DNA of 64,000 nt from Eukaryota sp. GEM-RC1 (lineage: Eukaryota), in the NCBI GenBank assembly GCA_040285855.1, contig JAUFOQ010000004.1, forward strand, positions 1,612,001-1,676,000, given 5' to 3'. How positions within the stretch are numbered: position 1 is the stretch's first letter; each line of letters opens with the position of its first letter. The notes below the pieces were generated by a model. The model saw only the letters and a program-made list of their open reading frames with translations. It was not told where the DNA came from and ran no database searches. Shown piece after piece: positions 12,246-25,500 of the stretch. The translations under genes and the position numbers were made by a program.

Positions 12246-13095
12246 TAGGGATGTTAAATGGTTCAGTTCAGAACCGGTTCAGTCGGTTCAGTTCAGTTCA
12301 TTGAACCGGTTCAGTTCACGATTTTGATGAACTGAACCGGTTCAGTTCAAGTGTGTGTGAACCGGTTCTGAACCGATTGAACCGATCATTTTTTAGATGT
12401 TTGAACTAACACATTAAAACACAATTATATTAGCACATGGGTTTTTGATAAAGCACTACAGATGTAAAATCCAATAAAAAATGGTACATTTATTGAGAAA
12501 TTGTCGGTCTATGTACTAGTACACTGTATATTGTTTCCTTCCACCTAGACTCATTTTACTTATCTTCAAAATCTTCTCTTAACATGATGGACATCTCTGA
12601 CGATGATTTATCGTGTTACAGTGTTTCTGATAACACTCTCAGAATGTTGCTGTTACTATCGATGACTCTTCTTCTGTCATTAATTCAACATTAAACCAAC
12701 ACACAATCTTATCCTCGTTTATCATCTTTATTTTCCTCAAAAGCTTCTATTCAACCCACTAGTGTTGCATTTGAACGTTTATTTTCACTTGCTGGACTTA
12801 TTGCCAATAAGAAGAGGGCGAGATTAAGTGAAGAGTCTGTACAATCTCTTGTATGTCTGGACTCATGGCTTAAATCAAACCTAGATTAGTACATGTAGAT
12901 AACTCTATTTTCAAGCTAATAAATTTATGTTTTCGTTCACTTTATTGACAAATTTGAGTTGAAGTCTTTTATTAGTACACTTATTAAACTGAACCACGGT
13001 TCAGTACCGGTTCAGTTCAGTTCAGCGAGGTGGTGAACCGGTTCAGTACCGGTTCATACTAGTAGTGAACTGAACTGAACCATTTAACATCCCTA
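12246..13095 (+). mobile_element. Non-autonomous, internally deleted hAT element (850 bp)
   Basis: TIR tagggatgttaaatggttcagttcag / ctgaactgaaccatttaacatcccta. Perfect 8-bp TSD GTTTTGTT (12238-12245 and 13096-13103). GAACCGGTTC subterminal repeats. Dimerisation-domain remnant SIQPTSVAFERLFSLAGLIANKKRARLSEESVQSLVCLDSWL at ~12745-12885. Confidence 0.95.
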
Positions 13096-13554
13096 GTTTT
13101 GTTACATTGATTTGTATCGACGATGGACCAAACCTGAACTCTAAACCAAAAGGATCTCCCTGTCCATACAGCGGTAGTCAACTGATTGAGATACACGTAC
13201 TGTATTTCCGAGCTCTTGTCTTTATTGACATTGTTGTTTAAGTAAGTCACCCATCTAAACTACTTGGACACAGTCGAATATGACTCGAAATGTGCATAAA
13301 GTGCAAGGTTATGTCATATCTCAAACATGGTAAGAAGTAGACAATATAAGAAGTGTACACTCATAAGTAAGTTAAAGCACCGAAGCAGGTGCAAATCTCT
13401 AGGTGTAGATATTCACATTTAGAAGATAGAGCCCCCAAGTCCGGTCTATCGTAGGGAAAGGGTAAGTGAATGGAGAAGTGTGATCAGGGTTAGTGCTGAG
13501 TCACTGCTGACGATTGTTATCGAATCGCCACTTTTCGCTATTCAATTTCAGACG

Positions 13555-16500
13555 ATGATCGTCAGAGTTCTGCTTTTGATATGTAGTGTTTTAGGTTCGG
13601 TTTCCCGATGGAATGCTGCAGCAGACGGACTTTGGTCTGAAAGTAGCAATTGGGAACCTACAACTATTCCGTCCATACTTTCCTCCGTTGTCCTCCCCCG
13701 TCAGACTGCCCAAATCATAGTGACAATCGGATCTAACGTAACGATTTCGTCACTTACAATTTCCACAAACATCGTCGTCCATTTCAACAATTGTGCCACT
13801 TTACATGTGTCTAATGACCTTTTCTTTAACGGCGGAACACTGCTCACTGACTCTTCTACTCCTTGCTCTTCTGCTTCTACTGAATCTCTTCATTGGATTC
13901 AGGGAGAGTTGACCTTCGTGGATATACTAGACTTTGAGAATCTGTTTCTTTATGGAGATTCTAAAACTTGGCCTCAGAACTCACTTGTAATTGAAAATGA
14001 ATTGTACTTCAACAACTCTTTAACTTTTTCGATTTCTCATCTCAATCTAAATTTCCTTTCTACAACTTGTTTTCCCGGTTCAGAACTTATTATTGATTCG
14101 CCACCTTTTGATGATACTTTGATGGATGTTAACGACCAACTCCATATAATGCCCGATTGTTCTCTTTCTTTACACGTTCCAGTTCAATGTAGGAGAGTCA
14201 TTACTATTGGCCGTAACTCTGTTCTGACATTGAACAAAGATTCTACTACTACTGGTTCAATAGTGGTTCTTCCTAAAGGTGAGATGGTACTAAGGAATTG
14301 TACTATTACATTTGAAGGATCTGGTCCATACTTAGATCCTGATCTATTTCTGTACTATAACTGGGTTACATCATCTAATCGTCTAGATCTCTCGGGAAAT
14401 CATGATTCCACGGAAATATTTTGCCATGGACAAATGTGGAAAACTGACACGGTCGGTGGTTATTTGGAAGTTAAACGTCAAAATACTCTACGGATTCCAA
14501 ATATCCCTGGAGAATTTGGTTGGAGAGATGCTACCATTTCTGTATGGTTGTTCTTTGAAGATGAATTAGCAGCGTTCGGGTTTGATTTGGGTTGGACCTG
14601 TAATTTCTTCATTCGCAGATTTGGAGTATCTTGGGGCAACACTTTCCACAGAATCAATTTGCCTCGTCGTGATTGGTTTCACCTGGTTGTCACCCTTACT
14701 CAATCAGGAGGACGTATTTATGTTGATGGTGAATTTCGAGAGTCCTTTAATGCTGCACATCCTTATCGATGTTCTTCACATGTTCCGTCCTATTTTCCCC
14801 TTTCACAAATTGCCGAAACAGATGTTAACTTTTCTGGGAATATTCGGGCAATTCAGATATTCACCAAAGTCTTAACATTGTTTGAAATCAATCTCCTAAC
14901 ATTGTATCCCAATGTACGTGTCTGGGGTCCTGGAAAACTCTCAATAGTTGACTCTCAAATGACGATCTCTCGTGTTCATTTTGCAGTTGATCTAATCTCT
15001 TTAGAGTCATCAACTGTTTACTTAGACAATTATTCTCCACAAACTGAATTAAAATGGGTTGAGCTCTCTTTAAGTGAGCTACACTATGATGAAAGTGGTT
15101 CTGAAGCCGAACTTATCATTGATGTCGTATATTTTCAGAATACGTCTTCGATTGTCACCAGTGCTTCTACTGTCATCAGTCAGTTTCATTGGTTTGAAGG
15201 AGAATTGTTCTCATCTCGTGTACTTTCGTTAAAGCGGTTATTTTTGTACGGTACTCACAAAACAATACCACCAAACTCTTTGATTGTTGAAAATGAATTG
15301 TACTTTAATAACTCCCTATCTGTTTCAATTTTCAATACCGAGTTTAACAAAGTTTCTGTAACTTGTCGTCCGGGTTTTGAACTTATTGTTGATTTTTCTT
15401 CTGATGAAGCAGTACTGAAAATACAGAACCTGTTCAATTTGACTTCAAGTTGCTCTTTTACGTCTCTAGTGCCGATTCAAAGTAGTGGAGTTATTGGGGT
15501 TGCAAATTACTCAACCATGACCCTTCACAAAGACTTGAGTACAACAAGCGTTGTTGTTATTCTTTCTAAAGGTGAGTTAATTCTGAAGAACAGTACTATT
15601 ACCTTTGAAGGGTCTGATCCTTACTTACATCCAGACCTATTTTTGTACTATAATTGGGTTTCGTCGTTTAATCGATTCGACATATCTAGGAATCATTTTT
15701 CCAGTGCAATCTTAATTGATGGCCCAGAGTGGAAAACGGACGACTTTGGGGGATATTTGGATATCAAACAAGGAAACACTCTGGGTGTTCCAAATCTTGT
15801 CGGAGAATATGGTTGGACAGATGCTTCTATTTCTCTATGGATTTACTTTGAAGAAGGAGCAATGGGGTTTGATCTGTATAATGCACAAGCATGTAGGTTT
15901 GTGATATATAGAGATAGAATCAGGTGGGGTTGGGCAACCCATAGGATTTCATTCCCCTTGGCCGAATGGTTCCATTTGGTCATTTCTATTGACCAGTCGA
16001 AAGCAGATATTTTTGTTGATGGAACTTACAGAGGATCTGCTGATGGTTACCGGTTTGCAAATCCATTTATTTGTCGCCATGCGCATCCGAGTCGTTTCCT
16101 ACTTTCAGGAGTTACGTCATCAAGTGATGTTTTTTATGGAAGAATTCGTGCAGTGCAGATTATTAACACATACCTAACAGCTCTCGAGGTTAATCTCTTA
16201 TTTATTGAACTCAATGCACGTATCTGGGGCCCAGGAAAGCTGTCTATAATTGATTCAAAAATGATGATAGCTCCTAATCACTTTAGAATTCAAATGATCG
16301 CACTATTTTCATCAATAGTGTACTTGGAGCACTCGCCACCTATTGAGTTAAATTCGATTGAGCTTCATTTAAGTGAGTTGATTTATGATGTGTCAGATTC
16401 TGGTGTTGAACTTTTGATTGAGTCTGTCTATCTCAACAGTACTTCTTCCATCATTACAAGTGGTTCTTTTACCGTCCTTAATTTTCATTGGTATAATGGG

Positions 16501-19500
16501 GAATTTCATTCTTGTGATTATGTTACATTAAAGATAAATCACCTTTATCTGTATGGTGAATCAAAAACTTTACATCCATACTTTTTGATCATAGAAACGG
16601 AGTTGTACTTTAATAATTCTCTTACTTTTTCCATTTTTCATCTTACTTTAAATACTGTTTCTGTTTCTTGTTTTCCTGCTTCAGAACTGATTCTTGACTC
16701 ACCATCATTTAATGAAAGTATATTTGAAATCACGAGCCAGTTTCAATTATCTTCCTTTTGTTCTTTCACCTCTCTCTTACCAGTACAAAGTACTGGAATT
16801 GTAGAGGTTGCAAATGACTCTTTAATGACTCTGTACAAAGACTTTTGGACAAATAGTGTGATACAAATTTTGCATGATGGTGAATTAGTACTAAGGAATA
16901 TTACTATTGTAATCGAAGGATCAGATACTTACATACCTCCAGAGTTATTTTTGTACTATAATTGGGCAACGTCGTCCAACAAAATTGACTTAGCCGGAAA
17001 TCATGATCCCAGTGCAATCATAATTGATGGACCGGAATGGAAAACTGATCTTATCGGTGGTTATTTAGATGTCAAACCTGGTAACACTCTCCATATTCCA
17101 AATATCCCTGGACCTCAAGGTTGGAGAGATGCTTCCATTTCTATGTGGATATACATGGAAGAAGGCGGCATGGGATTTTCTATGGGTAGTCTAAACCCGT
17201 GTAGGTTTATCATACGAACAAATGCTGCTTTTTGGGGTATTGGTTCGCATTGGTATTCTCTCCCTCGTAATGAATGGTTCCATCTGGTAATTATAACTAC
17301 CCAGCAACAAGCTCGTCTGTATGTTGATGGCTATTTTACGGTTACTGTGTCTACCAATCCATATTATTGTGCTCGTACCACTCCCAGTGTTTTTAAACTG
17401 TCAGAAATTGATTCGGATTCAGGATTTGCTAGGTTTAAAGGAAGACTTCGTGCCGTCCAAGTTTTCAGAAGAACTCTAACAACTGTTGAGATCAATGCAT
17501 TGTCTTTTTTTAGATCTGAAGGAATTTGGGGACGAGGGAAACTCTCCGTATTTGATATGAAACCAACATTTCCTTCAAAAAGCATCAATGTTGAACAACT
17601 ATCACTTGTATCATCAGTAATCTACTTGGAACACGCAATTCCAATGAAGTTGAATTCAATTGAACTTCTTTACAGTCGTCTATATTATGATGAAATTATT
17701 TCTGGGACGGAGATATGTATTGAAACTGTATATATTCACAACACGTCTTCAATTATTACTGATGCTACTCTCACTGTGATAAACTGTTTTTGGTTTGATG
17801 GAGAGTTGAGTTATTCCAATGCATTTTACATAAAGCGCCTCTTCGTATACAGCAACGTCAGTTCTCTGTCGCAACACTCTCTTGTAATTGAGGAAGAATT
17901 TTTCTTCAATAACTCGATAACATTTACCATTTGTCATCTCACTACAGTCAATCTTTCCGTTGTCTGTCATCCTGGTTCTGAAGTTAATTTTGATCCTCTC
18001 TATGTGTCTGGATGTGCTATTGATGTTCAAGAAGCGATTTATTTGTCTTCCGGTTGTGCTTTAACTTCTCTTTTACCAGTTCAAAGTACTGGGGTTATTA
18101 ATGTAGCAAATGATTCAGTAATGACGCTTAGTCACGTTTTAAATGAGGACGGTGCTGTGTTCGTTCGTTCTAAAGGAGTGTTGATACTAAACAATTACAC
18201 CAATACATTTGGAAACTCGGATTTGTACTTTCCTCCAGATGCATTTGTATATTATAACTGGATATACTCGCTTAATAGAAATGACTTATCAGGCAATCAT
18301 GACCACAATGCAATCTTATTTGATGGACCCCAATGGAAGACCGATGAACTGGGAGGCTATTTGGAAGTTGGCCCTCATGATAACTTACGTATACCTTATA
18401 TTGGTGGTGCTACTGCTTGGAGAGATGCTTCTATTTCTCTTTGGATCAGTTTTGAGTCAGGAGGATTCGGTTTCGCATCCGGTGGTCCTGAAAGAATGTT
18501 CATTTCCGATAGACGATCCTCTTGGGGTAGCTCCTCATCTACTTATGGATTGCCCCGTAACCGATGGATTTACTTGGTCATGACTTTTGATCAAACCAGA
18601 GCACGTCTTTATGTTGATGGAATTCTTAAAAGATCATTTGGTTCTTCCCCCTATTATCACTCAAAGCCCCCAACTCTGTTTCCTCTGTCAGAAATAACTG
18701 ATTCAAGTACTCGTTTTCGAGGTAAGATACGTGCAGTTCAAATTTATTCACACACCCTGTCAATTTCGGAAATCCATCACTTAAGTCATGTCGTATATCA
18801 AGGTATTTTTGGACAGGGTCACGTATCTTTGTTGATTCAAATGTGATGTTCACGGCGTCAAATTTTTTCATCAAGTGGATTTCTTTAACCTCGTCAAGTT
18901 TGGACTCAAATAATGCAACATTCCACAATTTGGAACGATTAGAGCTTCATCAAAAATCAACACTTGGATTATACCACAACTCACAAATTTCAGCCGTTTG
19001 CCATTTTATTGTCCTAAATTGCAGTGAGCTCATGTATGATGAATTATCTAACATTTCATCACCACACTTCAGTTTGACTGCAGTTAACAGCAATTTTTAC
19101 AACTCTTTAGACATACTCAATATCATCACTTTGGACCTTTCATTTTCAACCTTCGAGGCAGAATCTGACACACAAATGCTAGTTGATTCTTTCTCTTGTT
19201 TTCACTGTCAAATACTGGGAAATTCGTCATTGTTGATAGAAACGCATTTAGAAATCAATTTCGGTAATTTCTCCTCCTCATTAGTGGTTCAACAAGCAGC
19301 TGATGTGCCACTAATCACTGGACATGTCCTTTTAGCAAACTCTTTCGATCTCTTCTGTGACATTATTTTCGAAGACTTGACAGTTGCAGGATACCAGTCT
19401 TCTTCTACATGTAGTGGGGCAGTTACATGTCATTCTGTTGTTTTGGTGAGAAATATTGTTACAATTTTGAATGTTTCCTTCATTTTCAATGATACACTAA

Positions 19501-22500
19501 CCTTGCATGATTCACATTTCCGTTATAATCCTTTCTTTGTTGTTCTTGATTATCAAATTATTACAGGATTTGGTTCCTTTGTTTCAAATACTTCAAACTT
19601 TGGGACTATTCAACCTTCCTCAAATTTCACTTTTGATGATAATCTTACTCTTTCTCCTTCTTCCGTCGTCTCTCTTCAAATTAACGCTGATAGTTCTTCT
19701 ACTCATTTATATGTTGGTTCATCTGCTTTTTTTAGATGGGCAATTAGCAATAGATTTTGACACAAAATCTGATTCAACTAGTCATAATTACACACTTATA
19801 GAAGCTGGTCAAATTAATGGAAGATTTAGTAATGTTATTAATCCTTGTGCATCTCTTATATCTATGATTTATTCAAAAACTTCTCTTATTATTTCAGTTA
19901 ATGATTATGTAGCGAACTTACATCAAGTTTCTTACATTTCTACTACTGGCGTTGATGATCCTTGTTGTGGTACCTTTGACAGTCCGTGTGCCTCATTTAA
20001 AGGAGTTCTAGAAAGAATGGGAAGAAAAGGGAAGGTTTATTTCCATGACGGAATTTACTGTTTTGATCAAGGTTTGGGAAAAGTAACCGACGTTGATTGG
20101 GAAGTGATTGGTTTTGGTGATGTGATGATTGAGGGAATTGACCAAACGCTATTTCAAGTAGTACACTCCAATTTTTCTGTTTCAAACGTTGTCGCTATTT
20201 GTTATTCCGCCATTTGTGTTTCGGTTTCGAATGCATTCTTTCTTTTAAATAATTCTATAGTTTTTCATGAAGGAAGTGCTTCAACAATATCACTTAATTC
20301 GTCAAATCTTTTACTAAATGATTGTCAGATCGAAACGAATTCTTTCAGTGTTCTGAATTCCATTGAATCTCAAGTACTCTTGATACATGTTGCTATTTCT
20401 GGAAACTTTGAAGATTCTACTTTGATTCTTGAACGATCTCAGTTGGATATTTTGTTCAGCAAATTGATGAACATTGAATCTATTATACTAATTGTCTTGA
20501 AAGATTCTGAAATTCAATTCAATCATTCATCTTGTACCAATGTAAATGCTTCATCTGCTTTATTTAATCTAGTGGAAAGCAGAATAATTCAAAATGATTC
20601 TTCTTTAAACACTGTCCATACCTCAGTCATGTTTGTAATCAATTCCAGTGCTGTTGTTGTCAACTTGTTTCCACTTTCATCTACCATTAACTTCAATCAA
20701 TTAATAGTAGCAAACAACTCCGACGTTTTTTGCTCCAACTTTGACATAGTTGACATGAAATCCACGTCATCACTATTTCAAGTATCCAACTGCAAGGTTC
20801 TTCTAGAAACAAATTACTTTCAATCAGTAATATGTAAGTCACTGGTTAAGTCAGTTAATAGTGTAATTACAGTTAGTGAATTAGTCATTTCAGATGTCCT
20901 TTGTGACACGTGTCTTGATGGAGTTGGTGGTAGCATAATGATTGAATTGATGGATGTATCTCAAGTATGTACAACTATTTTTAGTATATCTGAAGTCGAT
21001 CATTTTTCTGTTGATCATTTTAATTTTAATGGAAATTGTGATCATGGAACCGTCATGTATGAAACAGCCTTTGTTTTCAGCAAATCAAATGTTTCTTTAT
21101 CAAATGTTTCCTTATATCATTTACACCTTGACACAGTCTTTGAGATGGTTGACTCATATATGACGATCAATTATCTAAGTTGTTTTGATTCCTACAGTTT
21201 GTCCTTGTTTGATGGATCTTCTTCTGTGCTTTTCCTGAATGCAATCAATATTTCCAAAATTCTTTCATCACGTGTTTTTAATCTTTTTGATACGACCATT
21301 GAACTCGATTTGCTCAGTATTTCCAGATCAACTTTTACTGGTGGATTTCTCAATGCTGAGTCCACAAAGTCTACTCTTCAGTCAGTTGAAATGTATCTTA
21401 TCAATGAGGAAATGGATATGTACTCTGAAACTGATAGTAGTTATTTATTTGATTTAAGTGGTGGATCATTTGTTCTTCAGAATGCAAATGTCAGTAAAGT
21501 TTCTGGAAGTCTGTTCGTATTTAAAAAGATACAAGCTTTGTTCCAGTTTGTACAAATTTCAAATAACTGGGGATCTTCGGTCTTTAATGTTTTTGGCTCA
21601 GTTCTAGATCTACGAGCATTTTCTTTGTTTTCCACAGTCCAAACTAATCAACCAAGTATAATCAATTTTCAAAAACTTGAATTTCATGATCAGTCCTTAG
21701 TGAACCTGACAGATAACTCAAATATTTGGCTTGATAACTTGACTCTCAGGTTGAACTCCAGTGAATTCCTTCACGATGATTCAATAGAGATCTGCGTAAC
21801 AAATCTCAAATATTTTGCCATCAATAGTCGCTTTACGAATGATTTGCAATTTTCCAATATTCATGTTCTGGATTTAACTTCTTCAACCTTTGAATCATTG
21901 TCTGTTATTCAAATAGTTGTTGATTTCTTTTGGTGCTCACATTGTCAAATTCTAGGTAACTCTTCATTTGAAGTGGATTCCTTGTTCGACGTTAATTCTG
22001 GTAATTTTTCTTCTTCCATAGTTGTCCAAGAATCAGTGACTAACTCTACGGTATCTGGTGACGTTCTTTTATCTGATTCTATTACTTTCTTCAGTCACGT
22101 GATTCTTGATGACGTGTCAGCTTCAGAATTCCAGTCCTCTACTGGTGCTATCACTTTTCATTCTGATGTTTTGATGAGAAATGATGTTACATTTTCTATT
22201 ATACTAGTAGCTTTTTTTCGTACTGTGAACGTATTTCTTTCAGATTCCCATGTTTTTCCTCATCAAAATTTTGATCTACAAGAATTTCAAATTTTAAGTG
22301 GTTCTGGAGTTATTTTTGACAACACTTCAAACTCTGGTCAAATCATTCCCTTACCCTTAATAGTATTTGACCAAAACCTTGTTCTGTCTTCTTCTTCTAC
22401 TGTTACTCTTCAAATTCTGAATGACACTGCTTCCACTCAAGTACTTGTTGGTTCTACTTTATATTTAGATGGTATTCTTCAACTAGAATTTGATCCTTTT

Positions 22501-25500
22501 CTAATTTGGAGTCGTAACGAATTTCTACTTATTCATGCACATGGATTTGTTGGAAACTTTGCTTCAGTAAAGACAACTTGTCCATCGCTTTTTAAGGTAA
22601 ATTTGACTTCTACTTCAGTATTTGGAACAATTGATTATTATGTGGCTCATTTGAATGAAGTTTCTTACATTTCTACCAGTGGAGTTGATGATCCTTGTTG
22701 CGGAACATTCACTAGTCCGTGTGCCTCATTTAAAGGAGTTTTAGCAAGAATGGGAAGAAAGGGGAAGGTCTATTTACATCAAGGAAAGTATTCCTTTAAT
22801 ATAACGACGAAAATTTCTGATATGGATTGGGAAGTGATTGGTCTGGGTCACGTACAGGTCAATGGATTTGCAGAGCCTCTATTTGAAATTCGGGGATCCA
22901 GTTTTTTCGTGACAAATGTCAACATTGTCTGCAACTCAGACATCTGCTTCTCTGTTTCTAACTCATCTTTCTCTTTAAATAATTCTTTAGTCATTCACGA
23001 CAGAGGTGTTTCCACATTTATCATTGATTCTTCTACTGTTTATGTATCAAATTGTAGTCTAGAGTTAAATTCTTCAAGTACCATCCAGTCCAATGATTCT
23101 CACTTAATTATGACGAATGTAGCTATTTCTGGTTTTGCTGACGAATGTTCGTTTATTGTTGAGCACTCTATAATTGAGATATTTCACAGTAATTTTTCAA
23201 ATATTGTAACTGGTACATTGTTTTATTTGAACAAGTCACATATGATGTTGAGTCATTCATTTTGTTCAAACTCAAATTTTTCATTGCATTTGTTCGATCT
23301 TTTGACAGTGAGCTCAACCAATTTGATTTTACTATTGACTCGACGAGGGCAGACTTAATCTACCGTTTGAATTTTACACTATTTAATATCAACTGCTCTT
23401 CAATTCTATCAACGTCTACATTTGGCCAGCTAATGGCATCAACAAATTCTGAAATTCAAATTGACAACTATAATATATTTGGTTCACACTCTTCAGACTC
23501 CATTATTTTTGTTTCCAATTCAACTACATCTCTCCACAAAAATCTTTTTCAAGACATTAATTGCAACTCAATCATTGAATCAGTAAATAGTCTAATTGAA
23601 TTAACTGAAGTGAGTCTTCTCACTGTAACTTGTGACACGTGTTTTGTTATATTTGGAAACAGTTTACTTGTCAATGAAATGGCACTGTTTTACTCGTCTG
23701 GAACTTTATTTGAATTATCGCAGGTTGATCTTAGTAATGTACACTATTTAAATATTTACGATAGTAATCTGTCAACGGCTGTTCGAGCTCTTAACACAAC
23801 ATTTAGAATTGCTAATGTTTCGGTTTCAAATTCCAAATTACAACACGTTTTAAAATCCAAGGAATCTTCTGGAAAAGTGCAGAGTTTTGCTGCAATTAAT
23901 TCCACCTTCTGTGACGCATTTATTTTGAGTGATGTTGATATAATTTCTTCTAAATTCACTTTTCCAACACCTCAGTAACACGTGTTTATCACGTTTCCAA
24001 TTCAACCATTTCAGTTAGTGATTTTGTCTCGCATGGATTGTTGATTTCTGATTCTCTTCTTTCCTCAACTGATAGTGATGTCGTCATTGATTATTTCTAT
24101 TGCCAGAACACTAACCTTGAGAGTTCCTTTGGGTTTTTCATGATTACTAAGGGATATTTTGTTCCAACAAATTTTAATATTTCTCATTCGACTGGTTCAC
24201 TGTTTGTTTTGGACAACGTAGAATCTTCATTATTTGGGCAAATTGAATTGCATCATCTTCATTCTGAAACAGTCTTTCACTTTGTGGGCACAAATACTTC
24301 AATATCAAATATTTCAATTTTGTACTCCGATGTTGGCGTTGTATTTGAATCAGACAATTCACTCATGATTGTTGATTCTTTCAATTCTATTGGATTAAAC
24401 AGTTCAACTACTTTTAAAGTAGAAAGTTCCAACGTGTGTGTCAGTAATTTTTATTCTACAACTTCAAGAAGTAGATCCATGCTTAATGGCTCGTCGTCAG
24501 TTGTTCGTCTTAATGACAGTCTTATTTCAAGTCTGTTTGCTACAAGTGCGTTTGAAGTTATTGATGTTAGTTTGGCTCTCAATTATTTTAAAATTTCCAA
24601 CTCTGTTTTGACCTCTGGAATTATGTTTATGGAAGCTACAATTGCCACCTTTTGTCAGTAGAGTTCCAACAAATCAATCAAAATTTAAAGTATCTCAATG
24701 ATTTCAATGTCATTCATCTATTAAACGTTCGTGGAGGATCGTTGTATGTACAGAATTCCAATTTTGTACATATTTGCAGTAATTTATTCCTGTTCAATTC
24801 TCTTGAGGTGTCATTCCAAACAGTTCAAATTTCAAATTTCTTTGGTTATTCTATCTTCAATATTGTTGGCTCTCATTTAGATCTTTCTTCAATTATGCTA
24901 ACTCATTCCAGTGTTGACTTGATGTTAACATGTCTACATTGTAATGGATCTATGGACAACTTACTTATTGATAACTCCTCTTTTACTGCACTTTTCATTT
25001 AGACTATGGATCTATGAGTTTTAATACTACTTATTTGACTAAGATTAATACTTCTTTAGTTTTTGAAATCTTTAACAGTAATGTTACAATTAATCACTTG
25101 GATCAAGATACTTTAAGACTTACTAAGTCATTTCTCTACTCAGAACTGAGCACTGTTAGATTCAGCTCAACCAACGCTACTAATATACGTGATGCTAATG
25201 GTCCTTTATTTGAGTTCAAACACTCAGATATTAACCACTATTGATCTCTTTTTGTCGAAAATTGAGTGTTCAATATTCTTATTTTCTGATTCAGCAGCAA
25301 ATATTTCCGATCTTTCATTGACAAATTTAAATGTGTCTTCCGTGGTTGTCAATTCTAATTCTGACTTAGCAATATCAAACAGTCACTTCCATTCTATTGA
25401 GGTTCAAGTACTGGTCTCTGTAGATAATCTTTCTAATGTAACTATTGAAGGCTCAAAGTTTTCTATGATTTATGCTGACTCACTCTTGAATTGTACCGAT

